From Gemmatimonadota bacterium (lineage in GTDB: Bacteria > Gemmatimonadota > Gemmatimonadetes > Palauibacterales > Palauibacteraceae), in the NCBI GenBank assembly GCA_039588275.1, contig JBDHAC010000028.1:1782-65781 (forward strand): a DNA stretch of 64,000 bases. Reading direction: 5' to 3'. Shown piece by piece: positions 44,959-55,085 of this stretch; position 1 is the first letter of the stretch; each line of letters begins with the position of its first letter. The notes under the pieces are model-generated. The model made no database searches, was not told the DNA's origin, and saw only the letters and a program-made list of their open reading frames with translations. The position numbers and the translations under genes were made by a program.

Positions 44959-45393
44959 TGGTGGCGCGCCGCAGGGCACCTGCACGATGCGCTCAAGCAT
45001 GCCGACCCCGCGGAGCTGCGCGACCTCCTGGAGCCCGGGGAGGCCTGGCCGGATCCGGTGCTGCACGGGCCGGCGTGCGCCGCTCGCCTGCGGCGCGAGG
45101 GCGTACGGGACGAGTCCGTGTTGACCGCGATCGCCTACCATTCCACCGGACACGCCGATCTGGATCTGCTCGGAGAGCTTCTCTACCTGGCGGACTACCT
45201 CGAACCCGGCAGGAAGCGCGACTCCGATTGGGCGGCGGCGCTTCGTGACCGCCTGCCGAAACACCGGGGCCCGGTCTTGCGGGAGGTCGTCACGGGCCGA
45301 ATCGGACACTTGTTGGACCAGAGCTTGCCGATCCTCCAGACGACGATAGAGTTCTGGAACAGGTTGGCGCGGGAAGGGCGCGCCGAGGAATAG
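44959..45393 (+). pseudogene. 5'-truncated YqeK-like HD-domain phosphohydrolase remnant
   Basis: In frame after TGA 44956-44958: WWRAAGHLHDALKHA...VLHGPACAARL...AIAYHSTGHADLDLLGELLYLADYLEPGRK. The HD dyad is present, but the roughly 50 N-terminal residues carrying the first His have no room (panC ends at 44919). The first canonical start, GTG 45058, lies after the HD motif. Confidence 0.5.
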
Positions 45394-45454
45394 CGCTACG
45401 GCGACCGGCGAACCATTGCCGGCTCCTGGGGGACGGCACGGGAGGCCAGCGGGG

Positions 45455-45931
45455 ATGAAGCGGCGGAAGACACGAAGAGTCACTCGACGCAAGCGTCGGA
45501 TCGCTGATCGGTTCGAGGTGGCGCTGGTGAGCCTGGTCCTGATCGGCGTCGGCACGCTCATCGGCTCATTCTGGATTGAGTGGAGGGGAACGCGGCTGGA
45601 TGGAGCCCCGGCGGCGGACACGGCGCCGGCATCGCTCGATGCACGGCTCAAGGTCGAGGTCCTCAACGGGTCGGGCGACAAGGGTGCGGCGGCCCTCGTG
45701 CGGGACCACCTCCGGGCGCGGGGCTTCGATGTCGTCTCAGCCGAGAACGCCGATCACTTCGACTACACCATCACATACGTCCTCAATCGGTCGGGCCACC
45801 CGGGCGCCGCGCGACAGGTGGCGTCCCAGCTCGGCGTCGACAGCGTCGCGAACGCGATCGACCCGGACCTGTTCCTCGATGCGACGGTGATCCTGGGGGC
45901 GGACTGGCGCGAGCGGTTCCCACCGGAATAA
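45455..45931 (+). CDS. LytR C-terminal domain-containing membrane protein
   Basis: ORF 45416..45931; ATG 45455 gives MKRRKTRRV... followed by a TM segment. LKVEVLNGSGDKGAAALVRDHLRARGFDV is LytR_C-like. Confidence 0.75.
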   Translation: MKRRKTRRVTRRKRRIADRFEVALVSLVLIGVGTLIGSFWIEWRGTRLDGAPAADTAPASLDARLKVEVLNGSGDKGAAALVRDHLRARGFDVVSAENADHFDYTITYVLNRSGHPGAARQVASQLGVDSVANAIDPDLFLDATVILGADWRERFPPE

Positions 45932-45936
45932 CGAGA

Positions 45937-46143
45937 GCCGACGACACCACCTCGTGCTCGACGCGGAAGCCGCGCGGCGCAACCTCACCGTTTCTCGACA
46001 CGCTCGCCTGCGCATCGATGCGTGCACGTGCATCCAGCGCGCGCCTACGGTCGCTGGCGAGGGGGCGCCCGCCGGCCCTTCTGAGTGGGAGGGGCGCGCT
46101 CACGGTCGTTTCGCGAGAGACCCCGCGGTCCTCTCTTGACGGG
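45937..46143 (+). repeat. intergenic repeat family, copy A (terminal L block + palindrome + two R units; no right-hand inverted L block found)
   Basis: L block CTCGTGCTCGACGCGGAAGCCGCGCGGCGC at 45951-45980. CATCCAGCGCGCGCCTACGGTCGCTGGCGAGGGGGCGCCCGCCGGCC from 46031. Shares blocks with 55086..55550 and 59861..60250. Confidence 0.7.
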
Positions 46144-46259
46144 TCGCCGAACTCGATTCGCCGGGGGAACCTCCGGTTCAAGCGCGACCGATGCACGGCG
46201 AGGAATAGCACGGCAAACAGCGTGGCAATGAAGAAGCGCTCGAGAACGGTGGATTCAAC

Positions 46260-46874
46260 TCACCTTCGTGAGTTGCATAATCGACGGTAGTCCTCGACGC
46301 GCTGGGCCGTCTCCTGGACCTTCCTCAACAACGACGGCCCGATCATTCTCAGCAACCAATTCACTTGACGCAGGTTGTCCTCGAGGGCCGCTTCGAACTC
46401 CTCGGCGTCACAATCCCGGTACGGCTCGTAAAGATACGCGGAACACCCGGTCTTCAGGATTCGATGGATCTCTTCGATACCATCCCGCGGTGCGTCCCAC
46501 AGGTATAGGCTGCCCGTACAGGTCACGAGGTGGAAGTAGTCGCTCTGGTAGTCCGTGGTCGCGATGCTGCCCACGCGCAAATCCACGTCGATACCCTCCA
46601 GGTTCCGCCGCGCCACGCGGATCATCGAGGATGATACATCGATGCCGAACAACTCCATGGTCGGGTTCAGCCGGTGGATCTCGAGCAACAATCTCCCGGG
46701 CCCGGTTCCCGCATCCAACAATCGGCCCCCGGAAAGCGTCGCGGTCAGCTCTTCGGCAACGTGATTGTAGAGCGATTGAATGGGTCTTATCCGCATGAGC
46801 GCGTCGTACAGCCACGCTCCGGGACTCGGGAGCCGCTCAAATCTGTTTTCGCCGATCCGGAACGTGGTGGCCAT
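46260..46874 (-). CDS. class I SAM-dependent methyltransferase
   Basis: ORF 46260..46925; ATG 46874. Motif I LLDAGTGPGRL; FGIDVSSSMI. Confidence 0.8.
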   Translation of the reverse strand: MATTFRIGENRFERLPSPGAWLYDALMRIRPIQSLYNHVAEELTATLSGGRLLDAGTGPGRLLLEIHRLNPTMELFGIDVSSSMIRVARRNLEGIDVDLRVGSIATTDYQSDYFHLVTCTGSLYLWDAPRDGIEEIHRILKTGCSAYLYEPYRDCDAEEFEAALEDNLRQVNWLLRMIGPSLLRKVQETAQRVEDYRRLCNSRR

Positions 46875-46973
46875 ACCCGAGTGTTGACCTCGCGGTATCA
46901 AGGACGCGTCACAGGGCGTGCCCAACTTGTTACGGCCCGCCCGAAGGCGGCTTTTCCAGGTTGAACGTAGGCG

Positions 46974-48113
46974 CTAGCCGGCCGACCGAGCTAACCTTAG
47001 TTGGCCGCAGGCCGCCGCGATGTCTCTGCCGCGCGGTGTGCGAACGGCGTTCTCGACACCCCGGCGCTTGAGGGTCTTCGCGAACGCTCGGATCTTGGAT
47101 GGCGGACTCGGACTCCAGTCGGGTCGGTAGGGAATCGGGTTGAACGGGATCAGGTTCACGAAGGACGTGAGCCCGTACGTGAGATCCGCCAGCGCCTCGG
47201 CCAGCTCGGCGTCATCGTTGACGCCGTTGATCAACGTGTACTCAAAGCTGATCCGCCGTTTCTTCAGCACCTGATACTCGCGTAGGGCCCCGAACAGCTC
47301 GGGAAGCGGATAGCGCCGCTCGATCGGCATCAACTCGAGCCGCAGGTCGTGCAGAGGGGCGTGCAACGAGACGGCCAGCTCGTAGGACTCCGGTTGCCGG
47401 GCCAACTCCATGATTCCGGGAATCAGCCCGACCGTGGAAACCGTAATCCGTCTCGCACCGAGCCCGAAGCCACGATTCAACACCTCGAGCGAGGCGAGGA
47501 CCTCATCCAGGTTGGCGAGGGGCTCTCCCATCCCCATGTAGACCACGTTCGAGATGCTGTGTTGTCCCGGCTTCGGTCCTGCCCGCGGTGCGAGCTCGGT
47601 CGCTGCGAAGCGGGCCGCATCTCTGTACTGGCCGACGATCTCTGCCGCCCGTAGCTGGCGCCGGAACCCGAAGTGACCGGTCGCGCAGAACTCGCAGGCG
47701 AGCGCACAGCCCGCCTGGGAGGACAGACACAGCGTGGTTCGGCCACCGGCGGGGATGAGAACGGATTCCACCTGCTCGCCGTCCTCCAGACGCCACAGGT
47801 GCTTGACGGTCCCGTCCCGCGAGCGGGTGACGTACGCGGGCTCCAGCGCGGTCAGCGTGAAGGAGGCGTCGAGTCGCTCTCGCAGCGCCGCCGGGAGGGT
47901 CGTGATCTCCTCGAACGAGCGAGCACGGTGAGCGAAGATCCACTCCTCGATCTGGCTAGATCGGTACGCGGGCTCGCCCTCGCGGGCCATGAAGTCCGCG
48001 AGCAGCGCATGGCGCTCCGGGGCGGGGAGACCGAGGAGCTCGGCCCGCTGGCTCGCGGCCGACGCGGCTCTCCCGAGACCGGTGTGCGTAGGATCGAGGG
48101 CGCGATCGGACAT
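46974..48113 (-). CDS. rlmN: 23S rRNA/tRNA (adenine-C2)-methyltransferase, radical SAM
   Basis: ORF 46974..48215; ATG 48113. CLSSQAGCALACEFCATG, MGMGEPLAN and SLHAP motifs. Confidence 0.92.
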   Translation of the reverse strand: MSDRALDPTHTGLGRAASAASQRAELLGLPAPERHALLADFMAREGEPAYRSSQIEEWIFAHRARSFEEITTLPAALRERLDASFTLTALEPAYVTRSRDGTVKHLWRLEDGEQVESVLIPAGGRTTLCLSSQAGCALACEFCATGHFGFRRQLRAAEIVGQYRDAARFAATELAPRAGPKPGQHSISNVVYMGMGEPLANLDEVLASLEVLNRGFGLGARRITVSTVGLIPGIMELARQPESYELAVSLHAPLHDLRLELMPIERRYPLPELFGALREYQVLKKRRISFEYTLINGVNDDAELAEALADLTYGLTSFVNLIPFNPIPYRPDWSPSPPSKIRAFAKTLKRRGVENAVRTPRGRDIAAACGQLRLARSAG

Positions 48114-48221
48114 GTGTTTTCCTTGCTGGCACCGCCGCGGGCGGTGTACTTTCGGGCCTGTTCTACGCCCCGGATATGCGCTCCGTTCCGAGCCCGGGGC
48201 GCCGCCGAACTCCAATAGGAG

Positions 48222-48707
48222 ATGTTCCGTTCTCTCGTGTCGCAGCCCCTGCTTGCCGATCTGCTCTCACCTGATCGGGTGAAGATCCCGCTCGAATCCA
48301 CCGACAAGCATGGCGTGATCGTGGAGCTGTGCGCGCTGCTCGCGGCCGTGAGCGGCGTGTCCGAGGATGAGGAGGAGATCCGCAAGTCCATTCTGGACCG
48401 CGAGGCGGTGTTGAGCACCGGGATCGGCGGTGGCGTGGCGATCCCACACGGAAAGAGCGAGTCCGTCGATGATCTCCTCCTCGTCGCGGGCACGACGACG
48501 GAGCCGATCGATTTCGAGTCGCTCGACGCGAGGCCCGTCAGCCTCGTGTTGATGCTCGTCGGTCCCGAGTCGGCAGCGAGTCTTCATGTGAAGATACTCT
48601 CTCGGATCAGTCGGGTCCTGCGGAGCGCGAAGCTACGGAACAGGCTCGTCGCGGCGGACTCCGCTCGAGAATTCCTCTCGGCCCTTCGAGATGCGGAGTC
48701 CCGTTGA
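48222..48707 (+). CDS. ptsN: PTS IIA-type nitrogen regulatory protein
   Basis: AGGAG before the ATG. EIIA-2 fold motifs STGIGGGVAIPHGKS (phospho-His) and SLVLMLVGPE. Confidence 0.85.
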   Translation: MFRSLVSQPLLADLLSPDRVKIPLESTDKHGVIVELCALLAAVSGVSEDEEEIRKSILDREAVLSTGIGGGVAIPHGKSESVDDLLLVAGTTTEPIDFESLDARPVSLVLMLVGPESAASLHVKILSRISRVLRSAKLRNRLVAADSAREFLSALRDAESR

Positions 48708-49144
48708 GCCGCGTCGCGCGCGCCTGGTGGCCGGTTATCGCCTGGATGGGCGTCATCGTGTTCCTCACGAGCGTACGACTTCCGGTGGGTGGCCTGGCCC
48801 GCACGGGACTTCCGCTCGACAAGGCAGCCCACGTCCTGCTCTACGGCGGGTTGGGGTGGACGCTGGGTCGCGCGATGTGGGTATCGGGGTACCGTGCCGC
48901 GCTCGCCGTGTGGCTGTGCCTGCTGGCCGGTCTGTTGTTCGGCGCCGCGGACGAATGGCACCAGGGTACCCTTCGGTTCCGCGAGGCCTCGTTCTCGGAC
49001 TGGCTCGCGGACGCAGCCGGGGTATCGCTGGGGCTGGCGGCGTTCCTGTGGCCGCGCTGGCTGGGGATGAAGCACGCCATGCGAGGCGAGGTACTGACCG
49101 GCGAGGCATCGGGGAGCGTATATCGCTCCAGCCCGCGGCTGTGA
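48704..49144 (+). CDS. VanZ-family membrane protein
   Basis: TTG 48704 overlaps the ptsN stop (TTGA). DKAAHVLLYGGLG...DEWHQ...SDWLADAAGV. Confidence 0.75.
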   Translation: MSRVARAWWPVIAWMGVIVFLTSVRLPVGGLARTGLPLDKAAHVLLYGGLGWTLGRAMWVSGYRAALAVWLCLLAGLLFGAADEWHQGTLRFREASFSDWLADAAGVSLGLAAFLWPRWLGMKHAMRGEVLTGEASGSVYRSSPRL

Positions 49145-49163
49145 AGCTACGGATGGCAGGCCA

Positions 49164-50975
49164 ATGAGCTCGCCCGAGCGACCGATCTCCTTCAGCACTG
49201 GCTACCGCGACACTGGGTGTGGTCTTCTCGACTCGGAGTGGGCGGGTCGCGAGGTGACGCTGTCCGGCTGGGTGCATCGCAGACGCGATCTGGGGGGACT
49301 GTTCTTCATCCAGCTGAGAGATCGAACCGGGGTCGTTCAGCTCTCGTTCGGACCGGATTGGACCGAGGACGACTGCCTCGCGCTCGCCGGGGAGCTGGGT
49401 CCTGAAGACGTCGTTCAGGCGCGTGGCCAGGTGAACCGGCGCCCCGATGATGCGGTAAACCCCGATATGGCCACCGGCGAGGTGGAGGTGCACGTGCGGC
49501 AGCTGGAGCGGCTCTCGCCCTCCGCGCCGCTCCCGATACTCGTGGCCGTCCCCCCCGAGGAGGACCTGCCGGCCGAGGAGCTCCGTCTTCGGCACCGGGT
49601 GCTCGACCTTCGCCGCCCCGAGATGCTGCATCACTTCGTGGTGCGGCACCGCGCTACGGCCGCCGTGCGCGCGGCGCTGGACGAGGAGGGGTTTCTCGAG
49701 GTCGAGACGCCGCTTCTGACACGACAGACACCGGAGGGGGCACGCGACTTCATCGTGCCGAGTCGGGTGCAGCGAGGCCACTTCTACGCCCTCCCCCAGT
49801 CGCCGCAGCTGTACAAGCAGCTCCTGATGGTCGCGGGCTTCGATCGCTACTTCCAGATCGCCCGCTGCCTGCGCGACGAGGATCTGCGCGCGGACCGCCA
49901 GCCGGAGTTCACGCAGATCGATGCCGAGATGGCATTCGTCGAGCAGGACGACGTGTTCGGTGTGGCGGAGCGCATGTTTGCGCGCATGTGGAGGGACACG
50001 CTCGGCGTCGAGCTCGAGACACCGTTCACGCGCCTCACTCACGCGGACGCGGTCGAGATGTACGGCACCGACAAGCCGGATCTCAGAATCCCCTGGAAGC
50101 TGCACGACTTCACACCCGTGCTCGTCGGGATCGGGTTCGGGATCTTCGACGCCGCGGCTAAGAGCGGGGGTCGCGTGCGCGGGTTCGTCGCCAAGGGTGG
50201 CACCGCGTTGTCACGCGCTCGTCTCGACCACTACAACGAGCGCGCGGGGGAGTACGGGGCCAAAGGCGCGCTGTGGCTCAAGCGGACCGAGGACGGCTGG
50301 TCCGGGGCCCCGGCCCGCTTCATCGGGGAGAAGACGGCTCCCGAGTTGGAACGGCAATTCGACATAGAGCCGGGCGATCTGGTGGCGCTGGTCGCCGGCC
50401 CCGATGCCGAGACGTCTTCCGCTCTGGACGTGCTCCGCCGCGAGATTGCAGCGGAGCTCGGCGCGACGCGGCTGACCGAGTCGCACTGGCTGTGGGTCGT
50501 CGAGTTCCCGCTCTTCGAGGCGGATCCGGAGACGGGCCGCCCCGTACCGGCGCATCACCCGTTCACGATGCCTGCGGAGACCGATCCGGACCGGCTGCGC
50601 GAAGAACCGCTGAGCATCCTCGCGCACGCGTACGATGTCGTCTACAACGGCATGGAGTTCGCGAGCGGGAGCATCCGTTGTCACAAGCCCGATCTGCAGC
50701 GTGCGATCCTGGAGACGCTCGGGCTCCCGGCCGACGAGGTCGAGCGCCGCTTTGGGTTCCTGCTGGAGGCGTTCAAGTACGGCGTGCCTCCGCACGGGGG
50801 ATTCGCCGTAGGGCTCGACCGCGTGATCGCCACGATGGTCGGGATGGAGTCGATCCGCGAGGTGATCGCGTTTCCGAAGACGGCCGCGGGGCGCGGCTTG
50901 ATGGAGGGTTCGCCCTCGACCGTTTCGTCCGAGGAGCTGGCCGAGCTGGGAATCCAGCTCTCGCCTGAGGGGTAA
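49164..50975 (+). CDS. aspS: aspartate--tRNA ligase
   Basis: GWVHRRRDLGGLFFIQLRD, QSPQLYKQLLM and FQIARCLRDEDLRADRQPEFTQID class II motifs. GAD insertion; GLDR. Confidence 0.95.
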   Translation: MSSPERPISFSTGYRDTGCGLLDSEWAGREVTLSGWVHRRRDLGGLFFIQLRDRTGVVQLSFGPDWTEDDCLALAGELGPEDVVQARGQVNRRPDDAVNPDMATGEVEVHVRQLERLSPSAPLPILVAVPPEEDLPAEELRLRHRVLDLRRPEMLHHFVVRHRATAAVRAALDEEGFLEVETPLLTRQTPEGARDFIVPSRVQRGHFYALPQSPQLYKQLLMVAGFDRYFQIARCLRDEDLRADRQPEFTQIDAEMAFVEQDDVFGVAERMFARMWRDTLGVELETPFTRLTHADAVEMYGTDKPDLRIPWKLHDFTPVLVGIGFGIFDAAAKSGGRVRGFVAKGGTALSRARLDHYNERAGEYGAKGALWLKRTEDGWSGAPARFIGEKTAPELERQFDIEPGDLVALVAGPDAETSSALDVLRREIAAELGATRLTESHWLWVVEFPLFEADPETGRPVPAHHPFTMPAETDPDRLREEPLSILAHAYDVVYNGMEFASGSIRCHKPDLQRAILETLGLPADEVERRFGFLLEAFKYGVPPHGGFAVGLDRVIATMVGMESIREVIAFPKTAAGRGLMEGSPSTVSSEELAELGIQLSPEG

Positions 50976-51096
50976 AGAGCCGGGCGCCAACGCGGCGTGG
51001 GAACCCATCGGCTCGTCTTGCACAGTGACGTAACCGTATGATGGGAAGCACCTTGCAGCGTTAGGTGACCGAACGGCAAAGGGGTTCAGGATAAGC

Positions 51097-52146
51097 GTGA
51101 AGCCGAACGAGGTCGGACTTTCCGACCTCATCGAACACCGATTCTCGATCACCGGGGCCGACCAGCTTCTGCTGGCCGGCGTAAACGACGCGCATCTGAC
51201 GGCCCTGGCACAGCGATGCGAATGTCGGGTCGTGCTTCGTCGGGACGAGCTCATCCTCTCCGGGCACCCCGACGCGGTCGGGCGCGCGGCGCCCGCCGCC
51301 GAGCGGATGATCCGGCTGGCCAAGATGGAGCGGTCGTTCGATGTGGCGGATGTCGAGCGCTTCGTGCGCGACGGCGGTCCGGTGGGTCAGATCATCAACG
51401 GAGCCAAGGAGACCGAGCAGGAGATCGCGCTGGCCGGCGCCCGACGAGTCATCCGCGCTCGATCTCCGGGCCAGGAGCGATACGTAGCCGCGATGCGGAC
51501 CAACGACATCGCGGTCGGGATCGGTCCGGCGGGAACAGGAAAGACCTACCTTGCCGTCGCCGCCGCCGTCGAGGCGCTCAACCAGAAACGCGTTCGGAGG
51601 ATCATCCTCACCCGGCCCGCCGTGGAGGCCGGCGAGGCGCTCGGTTTCCTGCCGGGCGACATCCGCGAGAAGGTAGACCCGTATCTGCGGCCCCTGTACG
51701 ACGCGCTCCAGGACATGATGCCAGCGGAACGAGTGCGTCGAGCCATCCAGGACCTGACGATCGAGATCGCACCACTCGCCTACATGCGCGGCCGTACCCT
51801 GTCCGACGCGTTCCTCATCCTGGACGAGGCACAGAACGCGACGGCGGCCCAGATGAAGATGTTCCTCACCCGGCTAGGGCTGAACTCCAAGACCGTAATC
51901 ACGGGCGACAAGACCCAGGTCGACCTGCGCCCGCGCGGCGATTCGGGGCTCCTCGAGATCGAGCGGGTGTTGCGCGACATCGAGGGAATTGGGTTCATTT
52001 ACCTGGATGAGACCGACGTCGTTCGCCACGCGCTCGTGAAGGATATCATCCGGGCATACGAGGAGCGGACGGCAGCAGGGCGAGAGCAGGCGGCCGGGCC
52101 GGCACGCGACGACGAGCCCGCCGAAGACCCGGAGGGTGGATCATGA
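51097..52146 (+). CDS. phoH: PhoH-family ATPase (YbeZ-like)
   Basis: Walker [14 protein letters not shown]; [19 protein letters not shown]; ILDEAQN. Confidence 0.92.
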   Translation: MKPNEVGLSDLIEHRFSITGADQLLLAGVNDAHLTALAQRCECRVVLRRDELILSGHPDAVGRAAPAAERMIRLAKMERSFDVADVERFVRDGGPVGQIINGAKETEQEIALAGARRVIRARSPGQERYVAAMRTNDIAVGIGPAGTGKTYLAVAAAVEALNQKRVRRIILTRPAVEAGEALGFLPGDIREKVDPYLRPLYDALQDMMPAERVRRAIQDLTIEIAPLAYMRGRTLSDAFLILDEAQNATAAQMKMFLTRLGLNSKTVITGDKTQVDLRPRGDSGLLEIERVLRDIEGIGFIYLDETDVVRHALVKDIIRAYEERTAAGREQAAGPARDDEPAEDPEGGS

Positions 52147-54617
52147 ACCTCTGGACGCGCCTACGCGACGGCCTGCGAGCCGTCAACCGGCCTCCGAGCG
52201 CGGGCTGGCGGGACGACTATGTCCACCACGGGTTCCGTGCCATGCTCGCGCTGGGTATCGCGCTCCTGCTTCCGTGGCTCTTCGCCAGGCCGACGCTCCC
52301 CGAGTTCGCGGGGCTCGAGGAAGGAGAGGTGGCGAATCGGGACGTGATCGCCGGCACCTCCTTCACGGTGTACAAGTCCGAGACCCAGCTACAGGCCGAG
52401 CGGCGTGATGCGGAGGCGGGGATCTACTCGATCTTTGCCCGGACCCCGGCCGCTGCCGACACCGCGATCGCGAGATCCAACGCGCTGTTCGCCAGCCTCG
52501 ACTCGGTCGTGAGCCTCATTGAGGAGCGGGGCGTGGAGGGGCTGGAGACTGAGGACCCCGAGGCGCTCCCGGAGGCGATCAGCGCCGGGATCGCCGAGGT
52601 CTTGACTCGCCAGGGAGTCGCGTTCCCGACGGAGGACCAGCTCGCGGTGCTGGCCGACGCGCGTCGGCGCGAGCGTCTGCGGGTAGCAGTCGCATCGGCA
52701 TTCGACGGACTACTCCGCCCCGGAGTGGCTCACTCGGTCGATGTCCAGGACGTGGCCTCGACGACCGTCGTGATCCGCGAAGGGGACCGTGACCGGTTCA
52801 TGGCGCGCGACTCGATCGTGACGATGGACCAGTTCTTCGCACGATCGATCGACCGGGATCCGGGGTTCGCCGCGGGGTCGAACCTCTACCACACTCTGCT
52901 CGTCCTGTTCAGCGAGCCGACCCTGACGCTCGATCGCAACGCGACCCGTGACGCCCGCTTGCAGGCGCGCGCAGCCGTGGACCGAAACCGAACAGCAGGG
53001 TTCGTTCGAGAAGGCGAACGGATCATCACGGAGCACGAGCCGATCGGCCGCGTCGAGATGGAGAAGCTGCGGGCGTATCGGGCGCACCTGGTCGAGGAGG
53101 GACTCACCGACTCCGGCGCCGCACGCTTCTGGCGCGATCTGGGCGTCGTCCTGTTCAGCGGTGCACTCCTCGGGATCCTCGTCCTGGCCATCCACTCGTT
53201 CCGTCGCGAAGTGTACGAAGATGCGCGCAGCGTTTCGGTGATCTTCTTCCTCATCGCGCTCGTGCTCGTGGTCGCCGGCATCATCGCCGCCGCCGAGAGC
53301 CCGTCGGCTCTGATTCCCATCGCGTTCGCCTCGCTGCTCGTCGGAGCGTTGTTCGACGGATTCCTCGCACTTCTCGTCGTGGCCACGATCGCAGGGATCC
53401 TGCTGGGTCAGCCGGCGTTCGAAGGACTGCCCGTGCCGTTCATCATGGCGGCCGCTGGTGCCGCGGGCGCGCTCGGGGTACGCGAGATCCGGCGTCGGTC
53501 GCAGAGCTGGATCCTGATCGCCCTGATCACCGGCGGGTACGTGTTCGCCGGCCTGGCTCTGCTTCTGATGGGCCATTTCGACTGGCGGGAGCTCGCGACC
53601 ACGTCCCTGTGGGGATTCGGTACGGCGACGGCGTGCACGGCGCTCGCGATGGGTGCGGCGCTCCCGGCGCTCGAGGCGCTGACGGGGCGTACCACCGACC
53701 AGACCCTGCTCGAGCTCGCCGACATGAACCGCCCGCTGCTGCGGCGATTGGCGCGAGAGGCCCCGGGCACGTACGCGCATTCGATCAACGTGGCCAATCT
53801 GGCCGAGGCGGCGAGCCTGGCGATCGGGGCGAGGGCGCGGCTCACCCGGGTCGGCGTCTACTACCACGACATCGGCAAGCTCGAGCGACCCCAGTACTTC
53901 ATCGAGAACCAGCCGAAGGGACTCAACCCGCACGACCGGATCCGTCCTCTACAGAGCGCCGAGATCCTGCGCGACCACGTGCGCGAAGGCCTCGCGCTCG
54001 CCGATGAGGCGAAGCTGCCGGCGGTGCTCAAGGACTTCATACGAGAGCACCACGGGACCCAGCAGATTCGCTACTTCCTCGCGAAAGCACGGGAGGACGA
54101 GGGGAGCCTCGACTTCGACCCCAACGATTTCTGCTATCCCGGTCCGAAGCCGCAGAGCAAGGAGACGGCGATCGTCATGCTGGCGGACGCGGTCGAGTCG
54201 GCCTCGCGGACGCTGTCCGAACCGAGCCCCGAGCGGATCCGCGCGCTGATCGACGAGCTCGTGAGCGCCCGTGTGGAAGAAGGGCAGTTGGATGAGTGCG
54301 GCCTCACGTTCCGCGATCTGGACCGCGTAAAGACGGAGTTCGCGCACGTCCTCACCGGTCTGTACCACCACCGCATCGACTACCCGCAGGCCGGCGCGAC
54401 GGCCGCCACCGAGGCCGCATCGGGTCCCGCGGACGCCGAGGGCGTGCGGAGCGTCATGAAGGTCGATGAGGTCGCCCGCTCTCGGACCGAGGGAGGAGCG
54501 ACGGAGTCGGTGGCGCCCGGACGGACGGGGCGCCGCCTCGCATCCGGCTCGCGCGCTCCGGGGGTGGTGACCCAGTCCGAGAGCGAGTGGGAAACCGGAC
54601 GTCCCGGAGAGCAGTAA
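52143..54617 (+). CDS. 7TM-receptor HD-domain phosphohydrolase (PgpH-like)
   Basis: ATG overlaps the phoH stop (ATGA). Large extracytoplasmic N-domain, 7 TM segments, and an HD domain [11 protein letters not shown]...YYHDIGK...REHHG. Confidence 0.88.
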   Translation: MNLWTRLRDGLRAVNRPPSAGWRDDYVHHGFRAMLALGIALLLPWLFARPTLPEFAGLEEGEVANRDVIAGTSFTVYKSETQLQAERRDAEAGIYSIFARTPAAADTAIARSNALFASLDSVVSLIEERGVEGLETEDPEALPEAISAGIAEVLTRQGVAFPTEDQLAVLADARRRERLRVAVASAFDGLLRPGVAHSVDVQDVASTTVVIREGDRDRFMARDSIVTMDQFFARSIDRDPGFAAGSNLYHTLLVLFSEPTLTLDRNATRDARLQARAAVDRNRTAGFVREGERIITEHEPIGRVEMEKLRAYRAHLVEEGLTDSGAARFWRDLGVVLFSGALLGILVLAIHSFRREVYEDARSVSVIFFLIALVLVVAGIIAAAESPSALIPIAFASLLVGALFDGFLALLVVATIAGILLGQPAFEGLPVPFIMAAAGAAGALGVREIRRRSQSWILIALITGGYVFAGLALLLMGHFDWRELATTSLWGFGTATACTALAMGAALPALEALTGRTTDQTLLELADMNRPLLRRLAREAPGTYAHSINVANLAEAASLAIGARARLTRVGVYYHDIGKLERPQYFIENQPKGLNPHDRIRPLQSAEILRDHVREGLALADEAKLPAVLKDFIREHHGTQQIRYFLAKAREDEGSLDFDPNDFCYPGPKPQSKETAIVMLADAVESASRTLSEPSPERIRALIDELVSARVEEGQLDECGLTFRDLDRVKTEFAHVLTGLYHHRIDYPQAGATAATEAASGPADAEGVRSVMKVDEVARSRTEGGATESVAPGRTGRRLASGSRAPGVVTQSESEWETGRPGEQ

Positions 54618-54622
54618 GCGGA

Positions 54623-55066
54623 TTGACCGCTCCCCACCTTCACATCAACCGGCTGGAGGAGTGGCCAGCGCTCGCCGATCTGGGATCGCAGGTACGCCGG
54701 GCCGCCGGGACCGCCCTCGGCACCGCCGAGTTGAACGGTGCCGAGCTCTCGATCAGCTTCATTCCCGAAGGAGAAATCCGGGCGCTGAACCGCGTCTACC
54801 ACGGCATCGACGCGGCCACCGACGTGCTCGCATTCGATCTCGGTGAGCTGGAAGAGCGACCCGGCTCGCTTCTCGCCGACATCTACGTTTGCCCCGACGT
54901 GGCGCGGCAGTCGGCCGAGATCGAGGCGGTCGCATGGTCGCAGGAAGTACTGCGGCTAGTGATCCATGCCGTCCTGCACCTTCTGGGGCACGACCACCCG
55001 AATGGTGAGGAGCGCTACGAGTCGGAGATGTTCCGCCTGCAGGAGGAGCTGCTCCGCTCGCTGTAG
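54623..55066 (+). CDS. ybeY: rRNA maturation endoribonuclease YbeY
   Basis: ORF 54587..55066. Zinc motif HAVLHLLGHDH. The start is either 54587 (31-nt overlap with the upstream gene) or TTG 54623. Confidence 0.88.
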   Translation: MTAPHLHINRLEEWPALADLGSQVRRAAGTALGTAELNGAELSISFIPEGEIRALNRVYHGIDAATDVLAFDLGELEERPGSLLADIYVCPDVARQSAEIEAVAWSQEVLRLVIHAVLHLLGHDHPNGEERYESEMFRLQEELLRSL

Positions 55067-55085
55067 AGCCGCCAGCCGGGGTGAG

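Noticed and set aside
46175-46182. GGTTCAAG, a T-loop-like string, suggesting a tRNA
   Set aside because: The flanking bases do not form a T-stem (CTCCG vs CGCGA), and no acceptor or anticodon arms can be drawn.
48127-48132. TGGCAC hexamer upstream of ptsN, considered as a sigma-54 -24 element
   Set aside because: There is no TTGC-type -12 element at the required spacing (the sequence continues CGCCGCGGGCGG).
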